The position numbers were made by a program, and so were the translations under genes. Of a stretch of 41,901 bases of DNA, positions 1 to 8,039 are shown one piece after another. Numbering within the stretch: position 1 is the stretch's first letter; the number at the start of each line of letters is the position of its first letter. The stretch is from Kiritimatiellia bacterium (lineage in GTDB: Bacteria > Verrucomicrobiota > Kiritimatiellia > RFP12 > UBA3636), in assembly GCA_017413145.1 (NCBI GenBank), contig JAFPUX010000546.1, positions 1 to 41,901 of the forward strand, given 5' to 3'. Below the pieces are notes generated by a model. It was not told the origin of the DNA, searched no databases, and saw nothing but the letters and a program-made list of their open reading frames with translations.

Positions 1-99
1 CGCGGGCGCGACGCTAGACCCCGCCACGCCGCTCCCGGACGCCGTCGCGGCCGTCACGGCGCGGCTCGTCCGCGCCACGGAGAGGCCCGTGCGCCGGAC

Positions 100-948
100 C
101 TAGATGCGCGCGGCGCGGATCGGGGTCGCGACGATGCCCTTGGCGCCGAGCGCCTCGAGCTTGTCCATCGTCTCCGCGATGCCCTTGCGCAGGCACAGCG
201 CCTTCACGGCGGCCCAGTCCGGGTCGTTGAGCGGCGCGACCGTCGGCGACTCGATGCCGGGCGTGAGCACCACGGCCTGCTCGAGCGCCGCGCGCGGGAT
301 GTCGTATTCGAGCATCTCGTAGGCGCGCGCCACGACGATGCCCTTGATGCGGTGCAGGAAGCGCACCGCCTCCGGCCGCGCCGCCGTCTCCGCGTCGCGC
401 GCGACCACGATCGCCTCGCTCTGCATGACCGGCTCGCCGACGACCTCCAGCCCCGCGCTGCGCAGCGTGGCGCCGCTCTCCACGACGTCCGCCACGGCGT
501 CCGCCACGCCGAGCTTCACGGAGATCTCCACCGCGCCGTCCACGCGGACGACCGCCGCCGCGACGCCGCGGCGCTTGAGGTCGCGCTCGACGATGTTGCG
601 GTAGGAGCAGGCGATCCGCTTGCCGCCGAAATCATCCGGCTTGAGCCCGCTCCCCGCGGGAACGGCGTAGCGGAACGACGACCGGCCGAAACCGAGCGGC
701 AGCACCTCGAGCGCGGGCGCCTGGGCGTCCTCGTTCAGGTCGCGCCCCGTGATCCCGAGGTCGATGACGCCGCGCGCCACGTAGACCGCGATGTCGCGCG
801 GACGCAGGAAGAAGAACTCGACGCCGTTCGCGGCGTCCGCCTTCTCGAGCTCCTTGCCGGAGCGCTTGCAGTCGTATCCGGCCTCGGACACGACCGACAC
901 GGCCCCGTCGGAGAGGGATCCTTTGTTGGGCAATGCAATCTTCAGCAT
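100..948 (-). CDS. hisG: ATP phosphoribosyltransferase, long form
   Basis: 282-aa ORF. The translation (MLKIALPNKGSL...GITGRDL...) reads as HisG with the C-terminal regulatory extension. It lies directly downstream of hisE with a 2-nt gap. Confidence 0.92.
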   Translation of the reverse strand: MLKIALPNKGSLSDGAVSVVSEAGYDCKRSGKELEKADAANGVEFFFLRPRDIAVYVARGVIDLGITGRDLNEDAQAPALEVLPLGFGRSSFRYAVPAGSGLKPDDFGGKRIACSYRNIVERDLKRRGVAAAVVRVDGAVEISVKLGVADAVADVVESGATLRSAGLEVVGEPVMQSEAIVVARDAETAARPEAVRFLHRIKGIVVARAYEMLEYDIPRAALEQAVVLTPGIESPTVAPLNDPDWAAVKALCLRKGIAETMDKLEALGAKGIVATPIRAARI

Positions 949-950
949 GG

Positions 951-1214
951 CTACAGGTGCTTGTAGACGTCTTCGAGCGTGAGCCCCTTCGCGAGGAGCA
1001 TGACCTGCGCGTGGTAGAGCAGCTGCGAGAGCTCTTCGGCGGTGCGCTCGTCGCCTTCGTATTCGGCGGCCATCCAGGACTCGGCCGCCTCCTCCGTCAG
1101 CTTCTTGCCGATGAAGTGCACGCCCTTCTCCAGCTCCTTCACGGTGCCGGACGCGGGATCGCCCGCCTTCGCCTTCGCCGACAGCTCGGCGAACAGTTCG
1201 TCAAATGTCTTCAT
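951..1214 (-). CDS. hisE: phosphoribosyl-ATP pyrophosphohydrolase
   Basis: 87-aa ORF ([11 protein letters not shown]...[13 protein letters not shown]...EELSQLLYH) typical of stand-alone HisE/MazG-like PRA-PH. Adjacent to hisG. Confidence 0.88.
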   Translation of the reverse strand: MKTFDELFAELSAKAKAGDPASGTVKELEKGVHFIGKKLTEEAAESWMAAEYEGDERTAEELSQLLYHAQVMLLAKGLTLEDVYKHL

Positions 1215-1253
1215 GGTTCGCAGGTTTCCGGGTTCGTGGCCGGAACGCGGGGC

Positions 1254-1262
1254 AGTCTACCA
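1254..1262 (-). promoter_or_regulatory. extended -10 element TGGTAGACT upstream of hisE-hisG
   Basis: The minus strand reads TGGTAGACT in the 64-nt gap between the oxidoreductase stop (1279) and the hisE ATG (1214). It belongs to the motif family seen at 10 other gene fronts in this window. Confidence 0.45.
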
Positions 1263-1278
1263 CGGCGGGCCACCGGGT

Positions 1279-2670
1279 TCAACCGATTTCGCGCCCCGCG
1301 CCGTCCGCGGGCGGGAGCGGGACGGGGAGGAACGCCTCGGCCGCGGGGAGGCCTCGCGCGAGGGCGTTCGCGGCGGCGCGGCCCGCCGCCTCGCCCATCT
1401 GGTTGCAGTTCACCATCACGCGGCACGCGCCGTAGGCGTCGCGGTCGCAGTCGAGCGCGCGGCCGGGCGCGAGGACGTTCTCCGCCCCCTTCGGGACGAT
1501 CGAGCGGTACGGGATCTCGTACCACGTCGGCGCGTCCGCGCGCGCCTCGCGCCAGCGGCCCGTCTCGTAGCGCGTGCCGCCCGCGCCGTCCGCCACGGTC
1601 CGCTCGAAGCGGCCGTCGAGGTACTTGAACGTGATGCCCGCGCCCTCGTGGATGTCCACGCGGTAGGAGCCGCGCGCGATGCAGTCGTCGAAGCGGCGCC
1701 CGCCGAGGATCTCGTCCGCCGTCACGCGGTGGGGCGAGTCGACGTGGCACGACTCGCGCAGCCCGGCGTGCGCGGCGAGCGCGACGACGGACAGCCCCTC
1801 GCCCGGCGGCATCGGGAAGGCGCGGTTCGCCGCGTCGACGATCCGCCGCAGCTGCGCGCGCCCCTCGATCTCGGCGCGCGTGAGGTCCCCGGGGACGGAC
1901 GGGTCGCAGTCCGCGACGCGCGTGTAGGCGTGGAAGAAGAGCCCCTCCGCGCCGAGCACCTCGGCGCCCCAGCCGTAGACGTGCCCGAGGCCCGCGCCGC
2001 GCTCCGGCCTCATGAGCTCGTCGAACGAGAAATCCGGGTGCTTCGCGCGGATGCGGTCGGCGCCCGCGAGGATCGCGCAGAGCGTGTGCGCCTGCATCGA
2101 TTCCTTCGGTTGGCGCCAGACCGGCAGCCCCGCGAAGCGGCAGAGGTCGGCGTCGCCCGTGGCGTCGACGAAGAACCGCCCGCGGAGTCGCCGCAGGCCG
2201 GACTTGTCCGCGACGACGACCGCCGCGACGCGGCCCGGCCGGTCGCACTCGGCGGCCGCGAGGCGCGTGTGGAGGAACGGCGTGATGCGCGGCTGCGCCG
2301 CGACGAGTCCGTCGAGCAGCATCTGAAGGCCGGCGACATTGAGGAGCGCCCCGCGCGCGGGGTTGTCCGGCGCCTCCATCCGCGCCTCGCCGCGGCGCAC
2401 GAGCTCGCGCTCGACCTCGTCCGTGAGCCCGCCGATAATCTTCGTCCTCCCGTCCGCCGAGAAGAGCGAATGCCAGATCGGGACGAGCCCCTGCGTGGCG
2501 GTTCCGCCGAACCCGCCCGCCGCCTCGACGAGCGCCACGCGGCATCCCGCCTCCGCCGCGCGGACCGCGGCGAACACGCCGGTGCAGCTGCCGCCGGCGA
2601 CGACGACGTCGAACTCCCCCGCCCCGGGCGCGGCCTGGAAACCGCCGGATTCCCCGTGACCCCGTTTCAT
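1279..2670 (-). CDS. FAD-dependent oxidoreductase (Rossmann GxGxxG N-terminus)
   Basis: The ORF frame is 1279-2706. The dinucleotide-binding motif FDVVVAGGSCTGVFAAVRAAEAG lies near the N-terminus. The start is set at ATG 2670 (MKRGHG...) because it lies exactly 7 nt after a TGGTAGAAT -10 element. Confidence 0.85.
   Translation of the reverse strand: MKRGHGESGGFQAAPGAGEFDVVVAGGSCTGVFAAVRAAEAGCRVALVEAAGGFGGTATQGLVPIWHSLFSADGRTKIIGGLTDEVERELVRRGEARMEAPDNPARGALLNVAGLQMLLDGLVAAQPRITPFLHTRLAAAECDRPGRVAAVVVADKSGLRRLRGRFFVDATGDADLCRFAGLPVWRQPKESMQAHTLCAILAGADRIRAKHPDFSFDELMRPERGAGLGHVYGWGAEVLGAEGLFFHAYTRVADCDPSVPGDLTRAEIEGRAQLRRIVDAANRAFPMPPGEGLSVVALAAHAGLRESCHVDSPHRVTADEILGGRRFDDCIARGSYRVDIHEGAGITFKYLDGRFERTVADGAGGTRYETGRWREARADAPTWYEIPYRSIVPKGAENVLAPGRALDCDRDAYGACRVMVNCNQMGEAAGRAAANALARGLPAAEAFLPVPLPPADGAGREIG
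2288..2325. repeat. 38-bp segment, copy 1 (inside the oxidoreductase CDS)
   Basis: cgcggctgcgccgcgacgagTccgtcgagcAgcatctg matches 3003-3040 at 36/38 positions in direct orientation. Confidence 0.85.
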
Positions 2671-2677
2671 GCCGCCG

Positions 2678-2686
2678 ATTCTACCA
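2678..2686 (-). promoter_or_regulatory. extended -10 TGGTAGAAT, 7 nt before ATG 2670 (leaderless-type arrangement)
   Basis: The minus strand reads TGGTAGAAT-cggcggc-ATG. Confidence 0.5.
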
Positions 2687-2765
2687 CCCCGCCACGCGCC
2701 GCGCAAGCGCCGCCGACCCCGTCACCGCCTTCATGGCGCAGCCCACGACCCGCCCGCGTGTTCTC

Positions 2766-2793
2766 TTGACATCGCTCCTCGATGCGGTAGTAT
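2766..2793 (+). promoter_or_regulatory. sigma70-like promoter TTGACA-16 nt-TAGTAT with no obvious downstream gene
   Basis: Consensus -35 TTGACA (2766-2771) and -10 TAGTAT (2788-2793). The next plus-strand reading frame is the RhuM remnant at 3042. Confidence 0.35.
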
Positions 2794-3002
2794 GCAAATT
2801 CGAACCACAGATACGAATTTACATAGGTCTACCTCGCCGACACCGGCGTCACCGCCTCCCTCCTCGGCGTCCGGTCCTTCACCGCGCCTTCGTCGCCGCC
2901 CCCGTCGCCGCCTCCTACGCCCTCTCGCCCGTCTGGACCGTCCTCGCCCCGGCCGACCTTCCCGCCGTCTTCGACGAGTCCTTCGCCCCGTAGTCCCCGT
3001 TC

Positions 3003-3040
3003 CGCGGCTGCGCCGCGACGAGCCCGTCGAGCGGCATCTG
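3003..3040. repeat. 38-bp segment, copy 2 (left island junction)
   Basis: 36/38 identical to 2288-2325. It ends 1 nt before the truncated RhuM frame. Confidence 0.85.
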
Positions 3041-3041
3041 G

Positions 3042-3451
3042 ATGAGCCAGAAGATGCTCGCCGCCGTCTACGGAGTCGAGGTCCCGAACATCGCCTATCA
3101 CCTTCGGAAGCTGTACGGTGACGCCGAGCTGGACAAGGGGACAACTATTAAAGATGTTTTAATAGATGTCGGCGACGGACGGAAGTTCTCCGTCAAGCAC
3201 TACAATCTCGACGTCATCGTTGCGCTCGGATTCAAGATCGACAACGAGCGGGCCGTCCAGTTCCGCAAGTGGGCCAGGCGGATCGTCTCGCAGTACACGA
3301 TCAAGGGCTGGGCGATGGACGACCAGCGCCTCAAGGACGGTTCGCCGATCACGGCATGAGCGACTACGACCGGTATCTCCTGGAACTCGAACGGCAGGCG
3401 AAGGAACGGGGCGGCCCCGCCCCCGCCGGCGCGGATTCTCCCGCACCGTAA
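3042..3451 (+). pseudogene. RhuM-family (R-M-associated virulence/Fic-like family) gene remnant
   Basis: The 105-aa frame (..YHLRKLYGDAELDKG..KHYNLDVIVALGFKIDNERAVQFRKWARRIVSQYTIKGWAMDDQRLKDG) matches only the N-proximal conserved block of ~330-aa RhuM proteins. It stops at 3359. A 31-codon frame-shifted tail (MSDYDRYLLELERQ.., 3357-3451) resembles the RhuM C-terminal SDFD-type end, suggesting an internal deletion. Confidence 0.6.
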
Positions 3452-3608
3452 TTTACGCTCCGCGGGAACGCCGCCGCGTGGCGGGGTCTCCGACGGGGCG
3501 TTTGGCAGAAGCGCTTCACCGCTTCGCCCGCAATTCAAAGCGAAACCTCCACATTGATTGGGGTTTTCGTTTGTATTTTCCACGAATCTTCACAAATTCG
3601 TCAGCATC

Positions 3609-3637
3609 TTGTTTCCACCCCGCGTTTCTGCGATACT
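3609..3637 (+). promoter_or_regulatory. candidate promoter TTGTTT-17 nt-GATACT with TGn extension, upstream of the KAP NTPase
   Basis: -35 TTGTTT at 3609-3614, TGCGATACT at 3629-3637. The KAP ATG lies at 3695 with GGAG 8 nt upstream. Confidence 0.35.
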
Positions 3638-3694
3638 CAATGTCATGAAACGAACGGAACAACACGAACCACAAAACAACACGGAGAAAACGAC

Positions 3695-5227
3695 ATGTAC
3701 CAAGTTTCCATTAAGCAGCTCCCCCAAGAAATTGATGCACATGCTCCCTGGAAAGACGATGCATTGAAGACGCGTCAGTATCTCGGGCAACGTCTCATCG
3801 ATTTGATTTCTTCGCAACGGCAACCTCTGAGCATTTGCATTGACGGCGCGTGGGGATCCGGAAAGACCTTTTTCGTCGAACGATGGGAAACGGAGTTGAG
3901 GAACGGTGGATTCAAAGTCATCCATTTCAATGCATGGGAGGAGGATTTCTTCGACGATCCCATGCCCGCGCTTGTTGGACAGCTCTGGCGCGATCTGGGT
4001 TTTCAAAAGGCGAAGTCTGGTCTGACGGGAGAGCTCTCCAATGATGCAAAAACCGTTGCATCGTTTCTCTGGCGGTTTGGAAGAAAGCTTGTAATTCATG
4101 CGGCGAAGAAAACGATTGCGGATGTTGTCGGTTGTGACACCGACCAGCTTGACGAATTCGCCAGCGAAGACAGGACAAACGCCGGATCGATTCTTGACGA
4201 GTACAACGAGTTCAGGGAATCTCGAAACGAATTCGGAAAGGCATTGGAAAGATTGGTGAAGGCCAAGGCAGATACGGTGTCGACAGGTCCTTGCGTTTTC
4301 GTGGTTGACGAATTGGACCGCTGCCAACCTCTGTTTGCCGTAAAGGTCCTCGAGCGGATCAAGCATTTTCTTTCGATCCCGAACCTTGTTTTCGTATTTT
4401 GTGTGGACAAAGAGAATCTTGGGAAATCGTTGAAAGCCGTATATGGCGAAATCGATGTTGAAAACTATCTGTATCGGTTTTTCGATTTCGTCTTTCCACT
4501 TACAAGTCCCGACAAGCAGTCGTTCTGCGATGAACTATGGAATCGGTATCATGTGGCTAACAGTATGACGGCTCACGACGCCGAATGCCAGGACAACCGC
4601 GATGGTCTGCTGAAAAAAGACAACGAGTTTCACGAATGCTTCTCGTTTCTCGCCTCTTATCATCACTTGACTTTCCGCGAGATCGAATATGTTTTCCGAT
4701 CGTATCTTCTGGTTCTTCGCGACCGCAGCATCCAACATCGTCGCATTCAACCGCATCTTCTTGCGGCGATGCTGTTTTTGAGATTGCGAAACCGTCCTTT
4801 GGAGGATAGATTCATTCATCTGGAATGTTCTCCGGGTGAGGTCATTGACGAATTGTTGCCCGCACAGCTCGAACCGGAAACGGCACACATTCCACTACAG
4901 CTCGCGGCCGCCATTTTGTATGCATTCTATCCATGGGCGAAAGAGGCCGAGGAACGGAAGCCCATGGATGATTCGCAAGCGATGCGAGTCATACGTTGGT
5001 CAAACTCGATTCAACCGCCCCCGGGAGCTCCCCCAACTCTTGTTCCAGCCATTCCTGAGTTTGTGCCGAAGGGGATGAGACAATGGGGATTCTATCTCAA
5101 GAATCTGTCGGAGTGGACTCGCGGCATTGACGGCCAAATGCGGACGGCCTTCCAAAGAGGGAATCCGTTGACGGCATACGAAGTGCTGATCAATCTCATG
5201 GAGAATCCGCCATCGACCGGATTGTAA
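3695..5227 (+). CDS. KAP-family P-loop NTPase
   Basis: 510 aa from ATG 3695 (GGAG Shine-Dalgarno upstream). It has Walker A ICIDGAWGSGKTFF (3845-3868) and Walker B-like VFVVDELDRC, with the N-terminal layout typical of KAP NTPases. I saw no obvious TM insert. It is markedly AT-richer than its neighbours (24/60 G+C at 4381-4440). Confidence 0.87.
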   Translation: MYQVSIKQLPQEIDAHAPWKDDALKTRQYLGQRLIDLISSQRQPLSICIDGAWGSGKTFFVERWETELRNGGFKVIHFNAWEEDFFDDPMPALVGQLWRDLGFQKAKSGLTGELSNDAKTVASFLWRFGRKLVIHAAKKTIADVVGCDTDQLDEFASEDRTNAGSILDEYNEFRESRNEFGKALERLVKAKADTVSTGPCVFVVDELDRCQPLFAVKVLERIKHFLSIPNLVFVFCVDKENLGKSLKAVYGEIDVENYLYRFFDFVFPLTSPDKQSFCDELWNRYHVANSMTAHDAECQDNRDGLLKKDNEFHECFSFLASYHHLTFREIEYVFRSYLLVLRDRSIQHRRIQPHLLAAMLFLRLRNRPLEDRFIHLECSPGEVIDELLPAQLEPETAHIPLQLAAAILYAFYPWAKEAEERKPMDDSQAMRVIRWSNSIQPPPGAPPTLVPAIPEFVPKGMRQWGFYLKNLSEWTRGIDGQMRTAFQRGNPLTAYEVLINLMENPPSTGL

Positions 5228-5266
5228 AACCGCCATCGATTCTTGATCCCTTTTGCCCTTTTCCGC

Positions 5267-5295
5267 GTGACTTCCGTGGCGGGGTCTGGTAGAAT
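5267..5295 (+). promoter_or_regulatory. promoter GTGACT-17 nt-TAGAAT with TG extension, upstream of hsdM
   Basis: TGGTAGAAT at 5287-5295 and -35-like GTGACT at 5267-5272. The hsdM ATG is at 5330. Confidence 0.45.
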
Positions 5296-5329
5296 CCACA
5301 ACCGAAAACACCAATTCCTTTCGATCGAC

Positions 5330-6835
5330 ATGGCACGACCGCGTAAGTCCGCTTCTGCCCCCGCCGCCGCGACGAACGACGCGGCGGCGGCGTTCAAGGC
5401 CATCGACAACCTGCTCTGGAAGCCCGGCAGCGGCTGCTCGGGCGCGCTCGACTACATGGAGCAGAGTAGCTGGCTCCTCTTCCTGCGCTACGTCGACGCC
5501 CGCGAGGACGAGCGCCGGATGGAGGCGGAGATGGCGGGACGCCCCTACGAGCCCATCCTTCCGGAATACCTCCGCTGGGGCTCCTGGGCGTGGCCCGCCA
5601 AGCCCGATGGTTCGCTTGACGCCGACCGCGCCCTCGCCGGCGACGACCTGCTCGAGTTCGTCAAGAACACGCTCTTCCCGTCGCTCCGCAGGTTCAAGGA
5701 GAACGCGACGGGGACGGATTCCGTCCACTACGTGATCGGGTCCATCTTCGAGCAGCTTTCGTGCAAGTTCGTGAACGGCTACCTCCTGCGCGAGGTGATC
5801 GCCCTCATGCAGCCGCTCCGCTTCCAAACCGAGGCCGAGCGCCACGAAATGTCCGTCCTCTACGAGGAGCGCCTGGGCGCGATGGGCAACGCCGGCCGCG
5901 ACGGCGGCCAGTACTACACGCCGCGCGCCCTCATCCGCGTGATGATCCGCATCCTCGACCCGAAGGTCGGCGAAACCTTCGACGACGGCGCCTGCGGCTC
6001 CGGCGGCTTCCTCTGCGAGGCGTTCCGCCACATGCGCGACGCCGCGCGCGACAATCCCGACGCCTGGCGCATCCTCCAGAAGGAGACCTTCACCGGCGGC
6101 GAGGTGAAACCCCTCGCCTACGTGACCGCGCAGATGAACTGCATCCTGCACGGCCTCGAGACGCCCCGCATCTCCTTCGGCGACACCCTCGCCGCCCGCG
6201 TCGCCGACTTCTCCGAGCGCGACCGCGTGGACGTGATCGGCGCCAACCCGCCCTTCGGCGCGGGCGCGGACGCCGCGAGCGTCGCCAATTTCGCCATCCC
6301 GTCCTCCGAGACGGCGCTTCTCTTCCTCCAGTACTTCATCGCGAAGCTCAAGCGCGGCGGCCGCGCCGCGATCATCATCAAGAACACCTTCCTCTCCAAC
6401 TCCGACAACGCCTCGGTCGCCGTCCGCCGGCTGCTCCTGGAGAAGTGCCGCCTCCGCTGGGTCCTCGACCTGCCGCAGAAGGTCTTCGTCGCCGGCGTCC
6501 GCGCCGTCGTGCTCTTCTTCTCGAAGGACGGCCCCACCGCCGACCCGATCCGCTTCTACCAGTTCGAGCCCGCCGGCATCACGCTCGGCAAGCGCCGCCC
6601 CCTCCTCGAAAGCGACCTGGCTGAGTTCGAATCGCTCGTCCGCGGCGGCGGCGACCCCGCCGCCTGCAAGGCCGCGTGGACGGTGGACCCCGCCACGCTC
6701 GACCCCGCCACGCTCGACCTCTCGGTCAAGAACCCGAACGTCGTCGAGGAGCGCCTGCCCACCGCCGCCGAACGCCTCGTCGCGATCCGCGAAACCTTCG
6801 CCGCGCTCGGCCGCGAGCTGGAGGGCTGGAAATGA
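5330..6835 (+). CDS. hsdM: type I restriction-modification system, DNA methyltransferase subunit M
   Basis: 501 aa. It has the HsdM N-terminal domain, an AdoMet motif FDDGACGSGGFL and the catalytic motif GANPPFG. It is followed by hsdS and hsdR. Confidence 0.93.
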   Translation: MARPRKSASAPAAATNDAAAAFKAIDNLLWKPGSGCSGALDYMEQSSWLLFLRYVDAREDERRMEAEMAGRPYEPILPEYLRWGSWAWPAKPDGSLDADRALAGDDLLEFVKNTLFPSLRRFKENATGTDSVHYVIGSIFEQLSCKFVNGYLLREVIALMQPLRFQTEAERHEMSVLYEERLGAMGNAGRDGGQYYTPRALIRVMIRILDPKVGETFDDGACGSGGFLCEAFRHMRDAARDNPDAWRILQKETFTGGEVKPLAYVTAQMNCILHGLETPRISFGDTLAARVADFSERDRVDVIGANPPFGAGADAASVANFAIPSSETALLFLQYFIAKLKRGGRAAIIIKNTFLSNSDNASVAVRRLLLEKCRLRWVLDLPQKVFVAGVRAVVLFFSKDGPTADPIRFYQFEPAGITLGKRRPLLESDLAEFESLVRGGGDPAACKAAWTVDPATLDPATLDLSVKNPNVVEERLPTAAERLVAIRETFAALGRELEGWK

Positions 6836-6848
6836 CCTCGGCCCCCGG

Positions 6849-8039
6849 ATGGTTCGTGAGGACGTGACCGTGAACGCCGCCCCGTCCGCTCCGACTGAAT
6901 CGGCAAGTGCCGCCGCCTGGCCGCGCGTGAAGCTCGGCGAGGTATGCGAACTTTCCGCCGATGGCGATTGGATCGAAAGCAAAGACCAAGCCCTTTCGGG
7001 AATTCGATTGATCCAAACCGGAAACATCGGCAACGGCCGATTTGAAAACAAGGCGGAGAAATCCCGCTTCGTTTCCGAAGACACTTTTTCACGGTTGCAT
7101 TGCACGGAAATTTTCTCCGGAGACGTGCTGGTTTCGCGCTTGCCCGATCCCGTGGGCAGAGCATGCAAACTGCCCGACATCGGCCAACGCATGATTACCG
7201 CGGTCGATTGCACCATCTTGCGGTTTAAAGATGTCGTCGATTCCGATTTCTTCGTGCTGTTTTCGCAGTCGCCCGATTACCGGTTGCAGATTGGTAGCTT
7301 CATTACGGGCGCGACACGAGCCAGAATCTCCCGCAAAAATCTGGAGCAAATCTCCATCCCTCTTCCCCCTCTCTCCGTCCAGTGCGAAATCGTCGCCCGC
7401 CTCGACGCGGAATTGGCGAAAGCGGACCGGATGCGCGAAGAATTCCTCGCCATCGCCGAAAACGCCGGCGCCCGCTTCCGCGCGATTCTCGCGGAAACCT
7501 TCGAGGGCGGGGAAGCCGGAGATTCTTGGTCGCGCAAAAAGCTCGGCGAGGTGTGCGAGATTGTATCCTCAAGAGGTCACCAAATCCAGCAGGGCGAAAT
7601 CCGCCCTGTTGGCAAGTGGCCGGTGGTTAGCCAGTCGGAAAATGTCATCGAAGGCTATACCGACGATTCTACGCCGATTGACTGCGTTCCTTTGGTTCTT
7701 TTCGGCGACCACACATGCTGCGTCAAATACATCGAGCAACCCTTCGTTGTCGGAGCCGATGGAACAAAACTCTTGAAACCAATCGGAGTAGATACTGCAT
7801 ATTTCTTCTGTTTTTGCCGCCATGCGGCCAGCCGCTTGGCGGATGGCCGCTATCGGCGGCATTTTGCCGATCTCATCTCTCTCGAAATCCCTCTTCCCCC
7901 TCTCTCCGTCCAGCGCGAAATCGTCGCCCGCCTCGACGCGGCGCGCGCGGAATGCGACCGCGCGGAGGCGCTGGCGCGGAAGGGCGCGGAGGAATGCGTG
8001 GGCTTGCGCGCGGCGCTGCTCAAGGAGGCGTTCGAATGA
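6849..8039 (+). CDS. hsdS: type I R-M specificity subunit S (two target-recognition domains)
   Basis: 396 aa. It contains two TRD-like halves, each ending in the conserved helix IPLPPLSVQxEIVARLDA. It overlaps the hsdR start (ATGA at 8036-8039). Confidence 0.9.
   Translation: MVREDVTVNAAPSAPTESASAAAWPRVKLGEVCELSADGDWIESKDQALSGIRLIQTGNIGNGRFENKAEKSRFVSEDTFSRLHCTEIFSGDVLVSRLPDPVGRACKLPDIGQRMITAVDCTILRFKDVVDSDFFVLFSQSPDYRLQIGSFITGATRARISRKNLEQISIPLPPLSVQCEIVARLDAELAKADRMREEFLAIAENAGARFRAILAETFEGGEAGDSWSRKKLGEVCEIVSSRGHQIQQGEIRPVGKWPVVSQSENVIEGYTDDSTPIDCVPLVLFGDHTCCVKYIEQPFVVGADGTKLLKPIGVDTAYFFCFCRHAASRLADGRYRRHFADLISLEIPLPPLSVQREIVARLDAARAECDRAEALARKGAEECVGLRAALLKEAFE
7356..7410. repeat. hsdS conserved-region repeat, copy 1
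   Basis: This 55-nt stretch is 54/55 identical to 7887-7941 in direct orientation. Confidence 0.85.
7887..7941. repeat. hsdS conserved-region repeat, copy 2
   Basis: 54/55 identical to 7356-7410. Confidence 0.85.

Noticed and set aside
2-103. Possible 3' end (34 codons, ...LPDAVAAVTARLVRATERPVRRT*) of a plus-strand gene convergent with hisG; the stops overlap in CTAG.
   Set aside because: It is too short to evaluate. The only support is GC-rich third positions, so it is not reported as a feature.
2733-2993. 86-aa plus-strand ORF in the 2700-3040 gap.
   Set aside because: It starts upstream of and runs through the promoter-like element, and its composition is Pro/Arg/Ala-rich. The region is better explained as a decayed oxidoreductase fragment on the other strand.
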